Shown here one piece after another: positions 9,081-18,439 of a stretch of DNA of 64,000 nt. The notes beneath the pieces were generated by a model, which was not told the origin of the DNA, searched no databases, and worked only from the letters and a program-made list of their open reading frames with translations. The position numbers and the translations under genes are program-made. How positions within the stretch are numbered: the first letter of the stretch is position 1; the number at the start of each line of letters is the position of its first letter. The DNA comes from Candidatus Chisholmbacteria bacterium (GTDB lineage: Bacteria > Patescibacteriota > Microgenomatia > UBA1400 > Chisholmbacteraceae): NCBI GenBank assembly GCA_963704905.1, contig CAVPHZ010000002.1:634-64633 (forward strand). The letters run 5' to 3'.

Positions 9081-10596
9081 AATTGCACAGATCTCACTAG
9101 TTTTGTTGATGAGTATAAAACTCTTTATCCTATACTGGGAAGATTCAGCGAAATTTTCACAACAAGTGCATGTGGAGTCTAGTTCCTCACTTACTGATTT
9201 CGAAGTCCTAAGTCAAGTGAACTATTATCAGTTCAAATTCAGGCCTCAATCGACTCAACAGATTACTGTAAACATTCCACCTAGATATGGATTGAATTTG
9301 TATGTTGATGGAGTTAAAACCAATTATCAAGACAAGAAGTCTCAAATAAGTTTTGAGGTCCCAAAAAGGGAATGGGGAAGGTCAAACGTCGTGATAAGGA
9401 ATGAGTCACCGCTTGAAATTTGGATCGACTTGTTGATCGCAATATCAGTAATAGCAATGATATTTTCAGTCTCGAATCAGAAACAAAAAAATGCAGTCGC
9501 AGTACTCCTCCTTTCCTTTTCAGTTGTATATATTAGCGTATATATTTCACTGCATTTTGGAAAAATCTTTGAAAAAACTAACATAAATAAATACGCAGAT
9601 TTATACCAAAGGTCACAGTACGTTATGGGTCAAGGTGCAGATGAGATTGTTGAAGATGAAGTTGTATATACACTTGCCGGGTACCACTACGCAGTTGATG
9701 GAGCTGATCCGACTTCCATTGATTTTGAACATCCACCTTTAGCTAAGTATATGTACGGATATGCAATACGACTGTTTGATCGTGCTCACCTAGCAAGCAT
9801 GGGAACGTACATACTATTAGTCGGTATATTTTTCATAGTTTCTCGACTAGTGTTAAGAGATCAGTTGCTCTACGCTAGCGCAGTTGCTTTGTTTGCCGTA
9901 GAAAAAGAGACTTTATCGTTAATGCGTTCTGCGACCTTAGATCTGCCACTCACATTATTTTTACTATCAACTTATTTGTTTTACTTACTCTTAGAGAAGA
10001 AGAAAAATTTTGCTCTGATACTTCTGATGGGAGTTGGTTTGGGCTTTTCAATGGCAGCAAAAATTTATTTTACAGCTATCATCTTTTTCCTAATTATTGT
10101 ATTAGATATGCTTTTAAATAATAAAAAGATATTAAAGTACTCTATTCCAATAATTCTCGTGGCTGTAGCAATCTATACTCTCACTTATGCAGCCTTTTTA
10201 AAAGACCATTCCTTTTCTGAATTTATAAATTTTCAAAAATGGATGCTCTCATGGTTCAAAGGTAAACCTGATACAAAAGGTATTGGAGCAATCTTCTCAA
10301 CCTTATTCATAGGCAGAATTAAGGCATGGTGGGATTTTGAAACAGGAAATATTATCCGTATAACGAACTGGAGCCCATTCTGGAGTCTATATGGAGCATC
10401 TACTATGATTGGAGCTTTAAAGTTCTTGAGAACAAAAAAGTATCATATAATATACATCTGGCCAGTGGTCTACTTACTATTTTTAAGTCTGGGTGCATCT
10501 GGACCGAATTTACTTGTAGTCTTGTTCCCATTTTTTGTGCTGAACTATGTACTACTAGTATCAATTATCTCAAAACATTTTAGCAATAACCCATGA
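9073..10596 (+). CDS. GT-C PMT-like glycosyltransferase with an N-terminal soluble beta-rich domain
   Basis: SQY...EDEVVY..AG...EHPPLAKY (PMT-type HPPL motif), LD, AAK and multiple TM segments. Confidence 0.78.
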   Translation: MSRIAQISLVLLMSIKLFILYWEDSAKFSQQVHVESSSSLTDFEVLSQVNYYQFKFRPQSTQQITVNIPPRYGLNLYVDGVKTNYQDKKSQISFEVPKREWGRSNVVIRNESPLEIWIDLLIAISVIAMIFSVSNQKQKNAVAVLLLSFSVVYISVYISLHFGKIFEKTNINKYADLYQRSQYVMGQGADEIVEDEVVYTLAGYHYAVDGADPTSIDFEHPPLAKYMYGYAIRLFDRAHLASMGTYILLVGIFFIVSRLVLRDQLLYASAVALFAVEKETLSLMRSATLDLPLTLFLLSTYLFYLLLEKKKNFALILLMGVGLGFSMAAKIYFTAIIFFLIIVLDMLLNNKKILKYSIPIILVAVAIYTLTYAAFLKDHSFSEFINFQKWMLSWFKGKPDTKGIGAIFSTLFIGRIKAWWDFETGNIIRITNWSPFWSLYGASTMIGALKFLRTKKYHIIYIWPVVYLLFLSLGASGPNLLVVLFPFFVLNYVLLVSIISKHFSNNP

Positions 10597-11483
10597 GGAG
10601 TATGAACATATCAACCACTTGTTATGTGTGCAGTCAGAGAAGAGTAAAAAAAGCCTTTGATAAGTTAGGTTGGACCATTTTGAGGTGCAGCGCCTGTGGA
10701 CTCTACAGCTTGAAATTTGAAGGTTCGTACGAAAAGTTCATTAAAGAGTACTACAACAAAAAGTTTTTTACTGGAAGCAACGAAAGAGCAGGGTATTTCG
10801 ACTACGAAGGTGACAAAGAAGCTGAAAGGCGAAATATGAATTCATATCTTGAGGGCATTCGATCATCAGTGAAAAAAGGCACACTTCTTGATGTAGGCTG
10901 TGCAACCGGACTTTTTATGATCGAGGCTGAAAAAGCAGGTTTTGAGGTGTATGGTGTAGATGTTTCAAAATACGCGATCGATATTGCCAAAAAACGTTTC
11001 AAAAACAAAGTCAAACAATCAAGTATCGAACAGGCTCACTTCAAAAAGAATACCTTTGATGTCATCACGCTCTTTGACGTCATTGAGCATGTAAGCAAGC
11101 CAAGAACAGTGCTTAAAAAGCTTCGCTCTCTACTTATGGACAATGGGCTATTAGTGATAAATACTGGTGATACTGGAAGCCTGTTTGCTAAGATGCAAGG
11201 CTCGTATTGGCATTTTTTTATCCCACCACAACATTTTTTCTATTTCAGCAAAAGTACATTAAGCAAACTTCTTTCGCAGGAAGGATTTGAAGTTCTTCGA
11301 GTTGAACACAAGGGGAAATGGGTGAGTCTTCGGTACCTTTTTCATCTCGCCCGACAAATTCAAAATGATATATTTGGAAAAATCGGCTTCTCTTTGGTTG
11401 GAAATAATGCCATTGGTAAGATACCGGTGTACCTTAATTTATTTGATAACATGACGGTATATGCCAAAAAAACTAACACGTAA
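10593..11483 (+). CDS. Class I SAM-dependent methyltransferase with an N-terminal CxxC...CxxC zinc ribbon
   Basis: CYVC and CSAC; LLDVGCATG, GVDVS, FDVITLFDVIEH and PPQHFFYF motifs. The start could be 10602. Confidence 0.92.
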   Translation: MRSMNISTTCYVCSQRRVKKAFDKLGWTILRCSACGLYSLKFEGSYEKFIKEYYNKKFFTGSNERAGYFDYEGDKEAERRNMNSYLEGIRSSVKKGTLLDVGCATGLFMIEAEKAGFEVYGVDVSKYAIDIAKKRFKNKVKQSSIEQAHFKKNTFDVITLFDVIEHVSKPRTVLKKLRSLLMDNGLLVINTGDTGSLFAKMQGSYWHFFIPPQHFFYFSKSTLSKLLSQEGFEVLRVEHKGKWVSLRYLFHLARQIQNDIFGKIGFSLVGNNAIGKIPVYLNLFDNMTVYAKKTNT

Positions 11484-13031
11484 GAGGAAAAAAAGCACAG
11501 GGAAATGGAGCAAGTCACATGTCTTATTGCTTATCTTCATCTCGATCATAGGCTTGGCACTCCGTTTAGGACCAGTTTTTCGCGATACTGTTCACTTCAG
11601 CTACGATCAAGGAGTCGATCTCGCGCTGGTTCGCACGCTAATCAATGACCATAAACTCAGCCTTATTGGTCGCTTCACAGGATTACAAGGTGTCTTCATG
11701 GGACCATATTGGACATTTGCATTAGCCATTCCCTATGTCATCAGTGGAGGAAATCCGGCAGCGAGTGTTATCGTTTTTTTCGCTTCTGGGAGTAGTTGCT
11801 ATATGGATTACTTACTCGATTGTCAGGAAATGTTAGATGAAAGGGTTGATCTATCGTGCTTTATATGTTGCTATTTCGAATCCTTTCGTCAGCGCGTGCT
11901 CACGTTGTTCTTTCACCCAGCCCTCTTCTCTACCTTATGATATTTTATATTTGGTTTCTATGGGAATTCGTCAAAATAAAAACCTGAGAGTTCTTCCCCT
12001 CCTTGCGTTGCTCATCAGTTTCTTTTTTCAACTGGAAATCGGTTTTGCCCTCTTTTTCTTACCAGCGACATTCATTGTGATTGTATCCTTTAAGGCTTTT
12101 CGGAAACTTACTTTAAAGCACCTCGGTATTGGTTAGTTGGTTTTTTCCTTCCTTTTCTACCTCAAGTACTTTTTGAACTTCGCCACGACTTTCTGATGAC
12201 AAATTCAGTATTGCGTTTACTCTCCGGAGAAAATACTAGCCTAGGAATTCAAGGCACAGGTCTGCTAGCCCGATTTAGCATACGAGCCGGATACATTATG
12301 GGAAGATTACGTGTCATCAGTGAGTTGGATCGGAAATAATTTACTAGCCACTCTCTTCATCACAGTACCTGCGATCTATGGAATTCAGGCTAAACTTAAA
12401 AATAACAGATGAAAAACTTCATCATCATGCTGTTCTAATCATCCTAACTATGTATGTGGGTTTTGCACTCTATCCCGCACCGGTGTGGGTGTGGTATCGA
12501 GCTGGTGTGCCAATTGTCTTTGTACTTCTTATTGCTATTGGCTGGACCAAGCTTATGGATGAAAACATATATGGAATAAGTTTAACGTCATTTTATTTTA
12601 CTGGACTTGTGCTGGTTAACATTAATCCAGTCATTCTAATATCACAATTTATTCGACATTGAGCAGTGGTGTTTCTTCTTGAAGAGCCAAAAACAGGCAA
12701 TTGACTCATCATGAAGGATGGTGGTGGGGATAAACTACGATCTTTACGTATATACTCCGCCAGTTTACACGTATGTTTGGGATCACATGATCTATTGGTA
12801 TGCAAGAGAACAGTTATGATAATCTACCAAATGATTATGGATATAGAGATCTCCAGAGGCTGAATAATTTTTATTTATTAATCGAACCAGATGACAATAC
12901 AAGACAGAATTGACGGATGGAAAGGTAACTTTACCAGTGAAGGTCAATCTACTCAAACCTGGCATCTCAACAGTGGCATAACCATAGAAAAATGGGAAGC
13001 AAATTCAAAGACAACTGAAGAGATACGCTAA
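11461..13031 (+). pseudogene. ArnT/PMT_2-like GT-C glycosyltransferase broken by multiple frameshifts (pseudogene or low-quality sequence)
   Basis: Collinear motifs in changing frames: FSYDQGVD...LIG...MGPYW; FFQLE; PQVLFELRHDFLM (~12160-12198); YDLYVYTPPVYTYVWDH (~12736-12786); YLLIEPD; terminal WHLNSGITIEKWE...R* ending at 13031, 4 nt before the next ATG. Confidence 0.8.
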
Positions 13032-13035
13032 TCAC

Positions 13036-15342
13036 ATGAACAGGAAACATATAGTCCTGCTATTGGCATTTTTTATTTTTATTCCATTTATTATTTATTG
13101 GAAAATTCCACTCTTAGGTCTCATTCCATTTCCCGGAGATCTCCTAGTAGGAAGATTTTTTCCATTCAATTCTGTGGAGTGGCTAGGGTATCCAAATGGC
13201 GTGCCGTATAAAGAATTCATCAACGCTGATGTAGTCAGACAGCTCTATCCATGGAGAAATCTAGCCATCACTACGCTTAAAAGCGGTCAACTCCCAGGAT
13301 GGAATCCTTATGCATTTTCAGGAAATCCTCTTCTTGCAAATATTCAATCGGCCGCATTTTATCCCTTAAATATTCTCTATTGGTTGATGAGCCATCAATC
13401 AGCGTGGATCGTTGGAGTTCTTCTCCAACCCATACTAGCAATGATCTTTATGTATATGTTTACCAAAGAGTTAAAGTTCTCGTCACCAGCGTCAATTCTA
13501 TCAAGCCTAGCATTTGCCTTCAGTGGGTATATGGTAGTCTGGTGGGAGTTTAATACTGTTGGTCATGCTGCACTTTGGGCTCCACTTATATTGTGGGCTA
13601 TTGAGCGATTTAAACAATCGAAGCACTCGAAATATCTCATAGTCATATCATTTGCACTTTCAGCATCTTTGCTGGCTGGACATCTCCAGACCTCGATCTA
13701 TGTGACGATCATCTCAATCACTTATGCCGCCTTTCGGTTATCACAAGAAGAAAGACGATCTCTGCTTGCAGTCAAACTAATAATTGCTATGACAACAAGC
13801 ATTCTCATTGCTTTTCCACAGTTGCTACCAGCCTTGAAATTTGCTCCACTCACGCCAAGAGGTACACAACCGGATGCTGAAATCTTCATGCAGTTTAGAA
13901 TACCTCTCGAAAATCTCATAACATTCTTATCTCACGACTACTTTGGAAATCCAGCGGTAAACAACTTCTGGGGAAAAGATTATGGAGAATTCATGGCATA
14001 TTTTGGAGTCATCGCATTTATCATGAGTCTCTTTGCACTGCAAAACAATGATAGAAAAACCAAGTATTTTTTCGTTATAGCTGGTCTTGCGCTCATCTCA
14101 GCTCTAAAAACACCACTTCCTCTTCTACTTCATAAAATGAACATTCCAGTTCTCTCAACAAGTGCACCATCTCGAGCTGTATTTATCGTTCACTTTGCAG
14201 CAAGTGTGCTGGCTGGGTATGGTTTTGATGCTTGGAAAAAATACAATATCAATAATATAAAGAAAACTCTAATTCTGGTGGTGCTGATCTTTGCAGCTGC
14301 GTGGATTGTCGCGTTCATTGGATCTTTAAGTTCAGATCTAGCGCATTCAGCGCAATGGAAAGTCTCGCTGAGAAATCTCATCATCCCAACCGGCATTGCT
14401 ATAGCACTATCCGCACTCACGGTTATAAAAGATCATGACTATGTTAGGTCATTCAAATATATTTGGAAGCCGAGCCTCATTGTGTTGTTTTCTTTAGTCA
14501 TTGGAGAATATGTGTATTTTGCCAACAAATATCAGACTTTTTCCGAACCACAATTTTTCTTTCCCAAATCACCAGTCTACGAATATTTGCGAAACGAAAC
14601 TCGGGAGATACCCTATCGATTTTTCGGGGATTACACCGCTTCTGTCACTAGTAATTCTTGGTTACCTTATAATGTATATGGTGTAGAAGGCTATGATGGG
14701 CTTTACTTAAGACGTTATGGTGAGTTATTGATATCTTCACATGAAGGGAAAATACCGGTATCAGTACCAAGATCAGATGCGAACCTTAAAACAAACAGTG
14801 ACGATGTACGACGTAGACGCTTGCAGGACCTTTTAGGAGTGAAGTTCATTCTTGATAAAAATGATTATCCGCAGAGTGATTGGGATCCAGATCCGGTGCG
14901 CTTTCCGGAGGATCGCTATCAACTCATCTGGCAAAAAGGAAAGTTTAAAGTATATGAGAATCTGCAGGTCTTCCCAAGGGCATATCTAGTATCGAATTAT
15001 CTGGTAGAAAAAGAACCTCAAAATATTATTGATATCATTTTCAATGAGAACATCGATCTAACAAAAACCTTGGTTTTAGAAGAAGATATTAAAAAAACAT
15101 TAGAGGCTTCTGAAGGATTAGTACAATTTCAGACCTATGCTCCCAACATCATTGAGCTAGTTGTGGATACCCCAACGCAGCAATTGTTATTCCTTTCAGA
15201 CTCTTTCCATCCAGATTGGCAGGCTTTTGTCGATCAAGATGAGGTGGAAGTCTATAGAGCAGATTATGCATTTAGAGCTATCCTCATTCCTTCAGGGCAG
15301 CATAAAATTAAATTTACGTACAAACCGACCTTTCTTAGATGA
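13036..15342 (+). CDS. YfhO-family GT-C membrane protein
   Basis: DVVRQLYPW, LPGWNPYAFSGNPLLAN, FYPLN, AGHLQ, GYDG, PRAY and LSDSFHPDWQAFVD...FRAI.IP.G.H.I.F.Y.P motifs. Confidence 0.9.
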   Translation: MNRKHIVLLLAFFIFIPFIIYWKIPLLGLIPFPGDLLVGRFFPFNSVEWLGYPNGVPYKEFINADVVRQLYPWRNLAITTLKSGQLPGWNPYAFSGNPLLANIQSAAFYPLNILYWLMSHQSAWIVGVLLQPILAMIFMYMFTKELKFSSPASILSSLAFAFSGYMVVWWEFNTVGHAALWAPLILWAIERFKQSKHSKYLIVISFALSASLLAGHLQTSIYVTIISITYAAFRLSQEERRSLLAVKLIIAMTTSILIAFPQLLPALKFAPLTPRGTQPDAEIFMQFRIPLENLITFLSHDYFGNPAVNNFWGKDYGEFMAYFGVIAFIMSLFALQNNDRKTKYFFVIAGLALISALKTPLPLLLHKMNIPVLSTSAPSRAVFIVHFAASVLAGYGFDAWKKYNINNIKKTLILVVLIFAAAWIVAFIGSLSSDLAHSAQWKVSLRNLIIPTGIAIALSALTVIKDHDYVRSFKYIWKPSLIVLFSLVIGEYVYFANKYQTFSEPQFFFPKSPVYEYLRNETREIPYRFFGDYTASVTSNSWLPYNVYGVEGYDGLYLRRYGELLISSHEGKIPVSVPRSDANLKTNSDDVRRRRLQDLLGVKFILDKNDYPQSDWDPDPVRFPEDRYQLIWQKGKFKVYENLQVFPRAYLVSNYLVEKEPQNIIDIIFNENIDLTKTLVLEEDIKKTLEASEGLVQFQTYAPNIIELVVDTPTQQLLFLSDSFHPDWQAFVDQDEVEVYRADYAFRAILIPSGQHKIKFTYKPTFLR

Positions 15343-17702
15343 AGCCAAAGATTAATAAATTATTCCCACTTGGAATTGTGTTCCTTTTTTCTTGCCTGAT
15401 CTTTTGGAAATCAATTGTTTATGGATTAGTGCCTATTCCATTCGATCAACTAGTGACCGGTTTTTTTCCATATAACAATGGTGGATGGACTCAAGTGGGT
15501 GCATTTCCACAACCAAAAGGTGGTTGGTATGCAGTCGATGCCATCCGTCAAATGTACCCTTGGAAAGAATTAGTGATCGATCAACTAAAGAATGGACAGA
15601 TTCCTCTTTGGAATCCATATAATTTTTCCGGATATCCTTTGCTTGCAAATATCCAATCTGCAGTCTTCTACCCGCTCAACTTAGTCTTTCTTATCCCATC
15701 TTTTCCCTGGTCTTGGACTGCGTACATTGCGCTTGCTGTACTGCTACCTGCGTACTTTATGTTTCATTTCCTCAGATCATTGGATCGATCACCATTGGCA
15801 TCAGTAATTAGTGCGATTGCATTTGCAGGAGCTGGGCAAATGATTGACTGGCTCGAGTGGGGGGTGATCACTCACACATTCATTTGGCTTCCGCTGTCAC
15901 TATATTCGATAAACAGATTCACACAGAAAAAAGATAAGAAATACTTATTACTCTTTATCTTTAGCATCATCTCAGCGATCTTTTCAGGATATCCACAAAG
16001 AGCTGCCTACAGTCTTATTGTTATTGTATTGTGGATTTTCATGAAATGGAGATCTCAAAAAAAATCTTCAATGAAACATCTAGTACCGATTTCCATGGCA
16101 TTCCTGCTCGCAATCAGCATGACAGCTGTGCAGTGGATTCCGACCGCTGAGTTTTACTTTCATTCGGCTATGCGGGGAGAAGTATCTGAACAGTTAAGCG
16201 AAAGAGGGGGTCTTCCTTGGCAGCAACTGGCAACTATTTTTGCTCCCGATTACTTTGGAAATCGGGTCACCAATAACTATTGGGCCAAAGACTTTGGAAA
16301 CATCGATTACATGGATGCTGATTTGTACATAGGGGCATCAGTAATTCCACTCATACTCTTAGCAATCTTTAGCCTCAAAAATAATAAACATATAAAATTT
16401 CTCACAATTCTGACCGTCATTGGCTTGCTGCTAGGTATCCGTAGTCCAATCTCAGGTATCGTCTCAGGTCTTGGAATTCCAGTGATCAGCACAGGCGTTG
16501 CCTCAGAGGCACTTATTATCACAGTTTTCTCTCTGGCTGCGCTCGCTGCATTTGGTTTTGATGATTTAAAAAGTGAAATCAGTTTTAAAAGACGATTAAC
16601 CTCAATTACAATAACCGGCGCAATCTATGCTCTTTTAATCTTTATGAGTCTCACATTTGATCAGGATAAAACAAGAACTGCATTACGAAATCTCGTTGTA
16701 CCAGGCACAGCTTTTCTTGGTGGAGCCGGTGCAATGATTGTCTTTATCAAGTTCAAGAAATCAACAATCCCGGCATTGCTGTTTATCGGATTCCTCTCAG
16801 TTGAACTACTGTTCCACTCAAATAAGATGCTTTCATTCTCTTCTCCAAACTTAGCGTATCCAGAACACATCCTCTTCAGTGAATTAAATAGCATTGCTGG
16901 CAATGATCGTGTTGCAGGATTTTGGGAAACTGAGATCTCTCCAAATATTCAAACCGCTGTGAGGATGAATTCAATTGAAGGATACGATCCTCTCTACATT
17001 TTACGTTACGGGGAGTTTATAAGTTCAGCTCAACAAGGAAGGTTAGAAAAGATAATTCCTAGGTCCGACGCAGATCTTGAACAGAAAAATGAGCAGAATC
17101 GCAACCGTGTTCTTGACTTAACCAGCGTAAAATATATACCTGCTAAAGTCACCAAATCTGATGAACTTTGGGAGCAAGAACCATTGAAGTACAATCCGCA
17201 GCGTTTCAAACTCGTCTGGCTGCAGGATCGTTTCAAGATCTATGAAAATCTTCACGCTCTCCCGAGAGTCAAGCTCTATTCAGATTGGGAGGTTATAGAA
17301 AGCGATGAGCAGATCATCGAAAAACTCTACGATCCAACCTTCAATCCTCAATCAACAGTAATTCTTGAACACCAGCCCCTACTTAAAGGTTCCGAACCTT
17401 TAAACGGAAAAGTAAGGATAACCTCATATGAACCGAATCGTGTTGATATTGAATCACAGTCAAATATACCAGCAATTCTTCTCCTCACAGATTCTTATTA
17501 TCCTGGCTGGAAAGCCACGGTTGATGAGAAACCTGTAGATATACTTCGTGCCAATTACACTTTTCGTGCGATTGAAGTTCCAGAAGGGAATCATAATATT
17601 ACTTTCAGTTATCAGCCAATTAGCTTCAAAGTCGGGTCCTTAATAAGTATTGTAAGTACTATTGTTGTAAGCGGACTAATCTACACTAAGAAAATATTAT
17701 GA
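15339..17702 (+). CDS. YfhO-family GT-C membrane protein
   Basis: DAIRQMYPW, IPLWNPYNFSGYPLLAN, GYDP, LPRV and DSYYPGWKATVD...G.H.I.F.Y.P motifs plus a terminal TM; tandem paralog of the previous gene. Confidence 0.9.
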   Translation: MKPKINKLFPLGIVFLFSCLIFWKSIVYGLVPIPFDQLVTGFFPYNNGGWTQVGAFPQPKGGWYAVDAIRQMYPWKELVIDQLKNGQIPLWNPYNFSGYPLLANIQSAVFYPLNLVFLIPSFPWSWTAYIALAVLLPAYFMFHFLRSLDRSPLASVISAIAFAGAGQMIDWLEWGVITHTFIWLPLSLYSINRFTQKKDKKYLLLFIFSIISAIFSGYPQRAAYSLIVIVLWIFMKWRSQKKSSMKHLVPISMAFLLAISMTAVQWIPTAEFYFHSAMRGEVSEQLSERGGLPWQQLATIFAPDYFGNRVTNNYWAKDFGNIDYMDADLYIGASVIPLILLAIFSLKNNKHIKFLTILTVIGLLLGIRSPISGIVSGLGIPVISTGVASEALIITVFSLAALAAFGFDDLKSEISFKRRLTSITITGAIYALLIFMSLTFDQDKTRTALRNLVVPGTAFLGGAGAMIVFIKFKKSTIPALLFIGFLSVELLFHSNKMLSFSSPNLAYPEHILFSELNSIAGNDRVAGFWETEISPNIQTAVRMNSIEGYDPLYILRYGEFISSAQQGRLEKIIPRSDADLEQKNEQNRNRVLDLTSVKYIPAKVTKSDELWEQEPLKYNPQRFKLVWLQDRFKIYENLHALPRVKLYSDWEVIESDEQIIEKLYDPTFNPQSTVILEHQPLLKGSEPLNGKVRITSYEPNRVDIESQSNIPAILLLTDSYYPGWKATVDEKPVDILRANYTFRAIEVPEGNHNITFSYQPISFKVGSLISIVSTIVVSGLIYTKKIL

Positions 17703-18337
17703 TGATCACTGATTTGTACAAGAAATATTCCATTCCAACAAATCTCCAACAGCATATGTTTCGTGTCGCTGCATTGGGAAACATTATTTGCGATCATCTA
17801 AGAAATATTCAAGCAGATAAAGATATCATTACTCAAATGCTGTTACTTCATGACATGGGGAATATTCTCAAATTCGATTTTTCGAATCTAGATTTATTTG
17901 ATGAGGAGGACAAAAGCCAGATCGATAAATACAGAAAAGCTCAGCACGAATTTAAAAAGAAATACGGTAATCATCCAGATGAAGCGACGGTAAGTATCAT
18001 TGAGGAAACTGCATCAAATTCGAAAGTGTTAGAACTTTATAAAAATAGCCATTGGGAAAATGCTAAGGATTTTGTGAATTCAGAACATTGGGACAGAAAA
18101 ATTGCCTGCTACAGCGACATGAGAATTGGACCGTTTGGAATATTGAGTCTCAAAGAGAGATTTGACAATCTCATCAGCCGCCGACCGGAAACAAAACAAA
18201 GACTTAACGAGCTCTACTCAGACGGTAAAAAATTAGAGAAACAATTACAAGATACAACCACAAATAATCTTCTTACAATTGATGATGAAATACTCAATAA
18301 GAGATTTCAGTATCTTCAACATTTAAATATTAGCTAA
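17699..18337 (+). CDS. HD-domain metal-dependent phosphohydrolase
   Basis: LQQHMFRV...LLHDMG...H...YSDMR gives the H...HD...D pattern; soluble protein. Confidence 0.82.
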   Translation: MMITDLYKKYSIPTNLQQHMFRVAALGNIICDHLRNIQADKDIITQMLLLHDMGNILKFDFSNLDLFDEEDKSQIDKYRKAQHEFKKKYGNHPDEATVSIIEETASNSKVLELYKNSHWENAKDFVNSEHWDRKIACYSDMRIGPFGILSLKERFDNLISRRPETKQRLNELYSDGKKLEKQLQDTTTNNLLTIDDEILNKRFQYLQHLNIS

Positions 18338-18404
18338 GTGCTCTCACGACTCACTATACTAGCCCTTCGAAAAAGAACAGCAAACAACTTCAGAGGAGAA
18401 CAGA

Positions 18405-18413
18405 TGATAGAAT
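18405..18413 (+). promoter_or_regulatory. Putative extended -10 promoter (TG-A-TAGAAT)
   Basis: TGn plus a 5/6 match to TATAAT in the longest intergenic gap (18338-18435). Confidence 0.55.
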
Positions 18414-18421
18414 TGACCGAG

Positions 18422-18439
18422 ATGAGATATTTTCTATGA
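18422..18439 (+). other. Possible leaderless mini-ORF MRYFL* coupled by ATGA to the next gene
   Basis: ATG lies 8 nt after TAGAAT; its TGA (18437-18439) overlaps ATG 18436. Confidence 0.35.

Noticed and set aside
1380-13031. Stop-codon reassignment (TGA=Gly/Trp) as the cause of broken genes
   Set aside because: The breaks are frame changes, and TGA serves as a normal stop in many ATGA/GTGA junctions, consistent with code 11.
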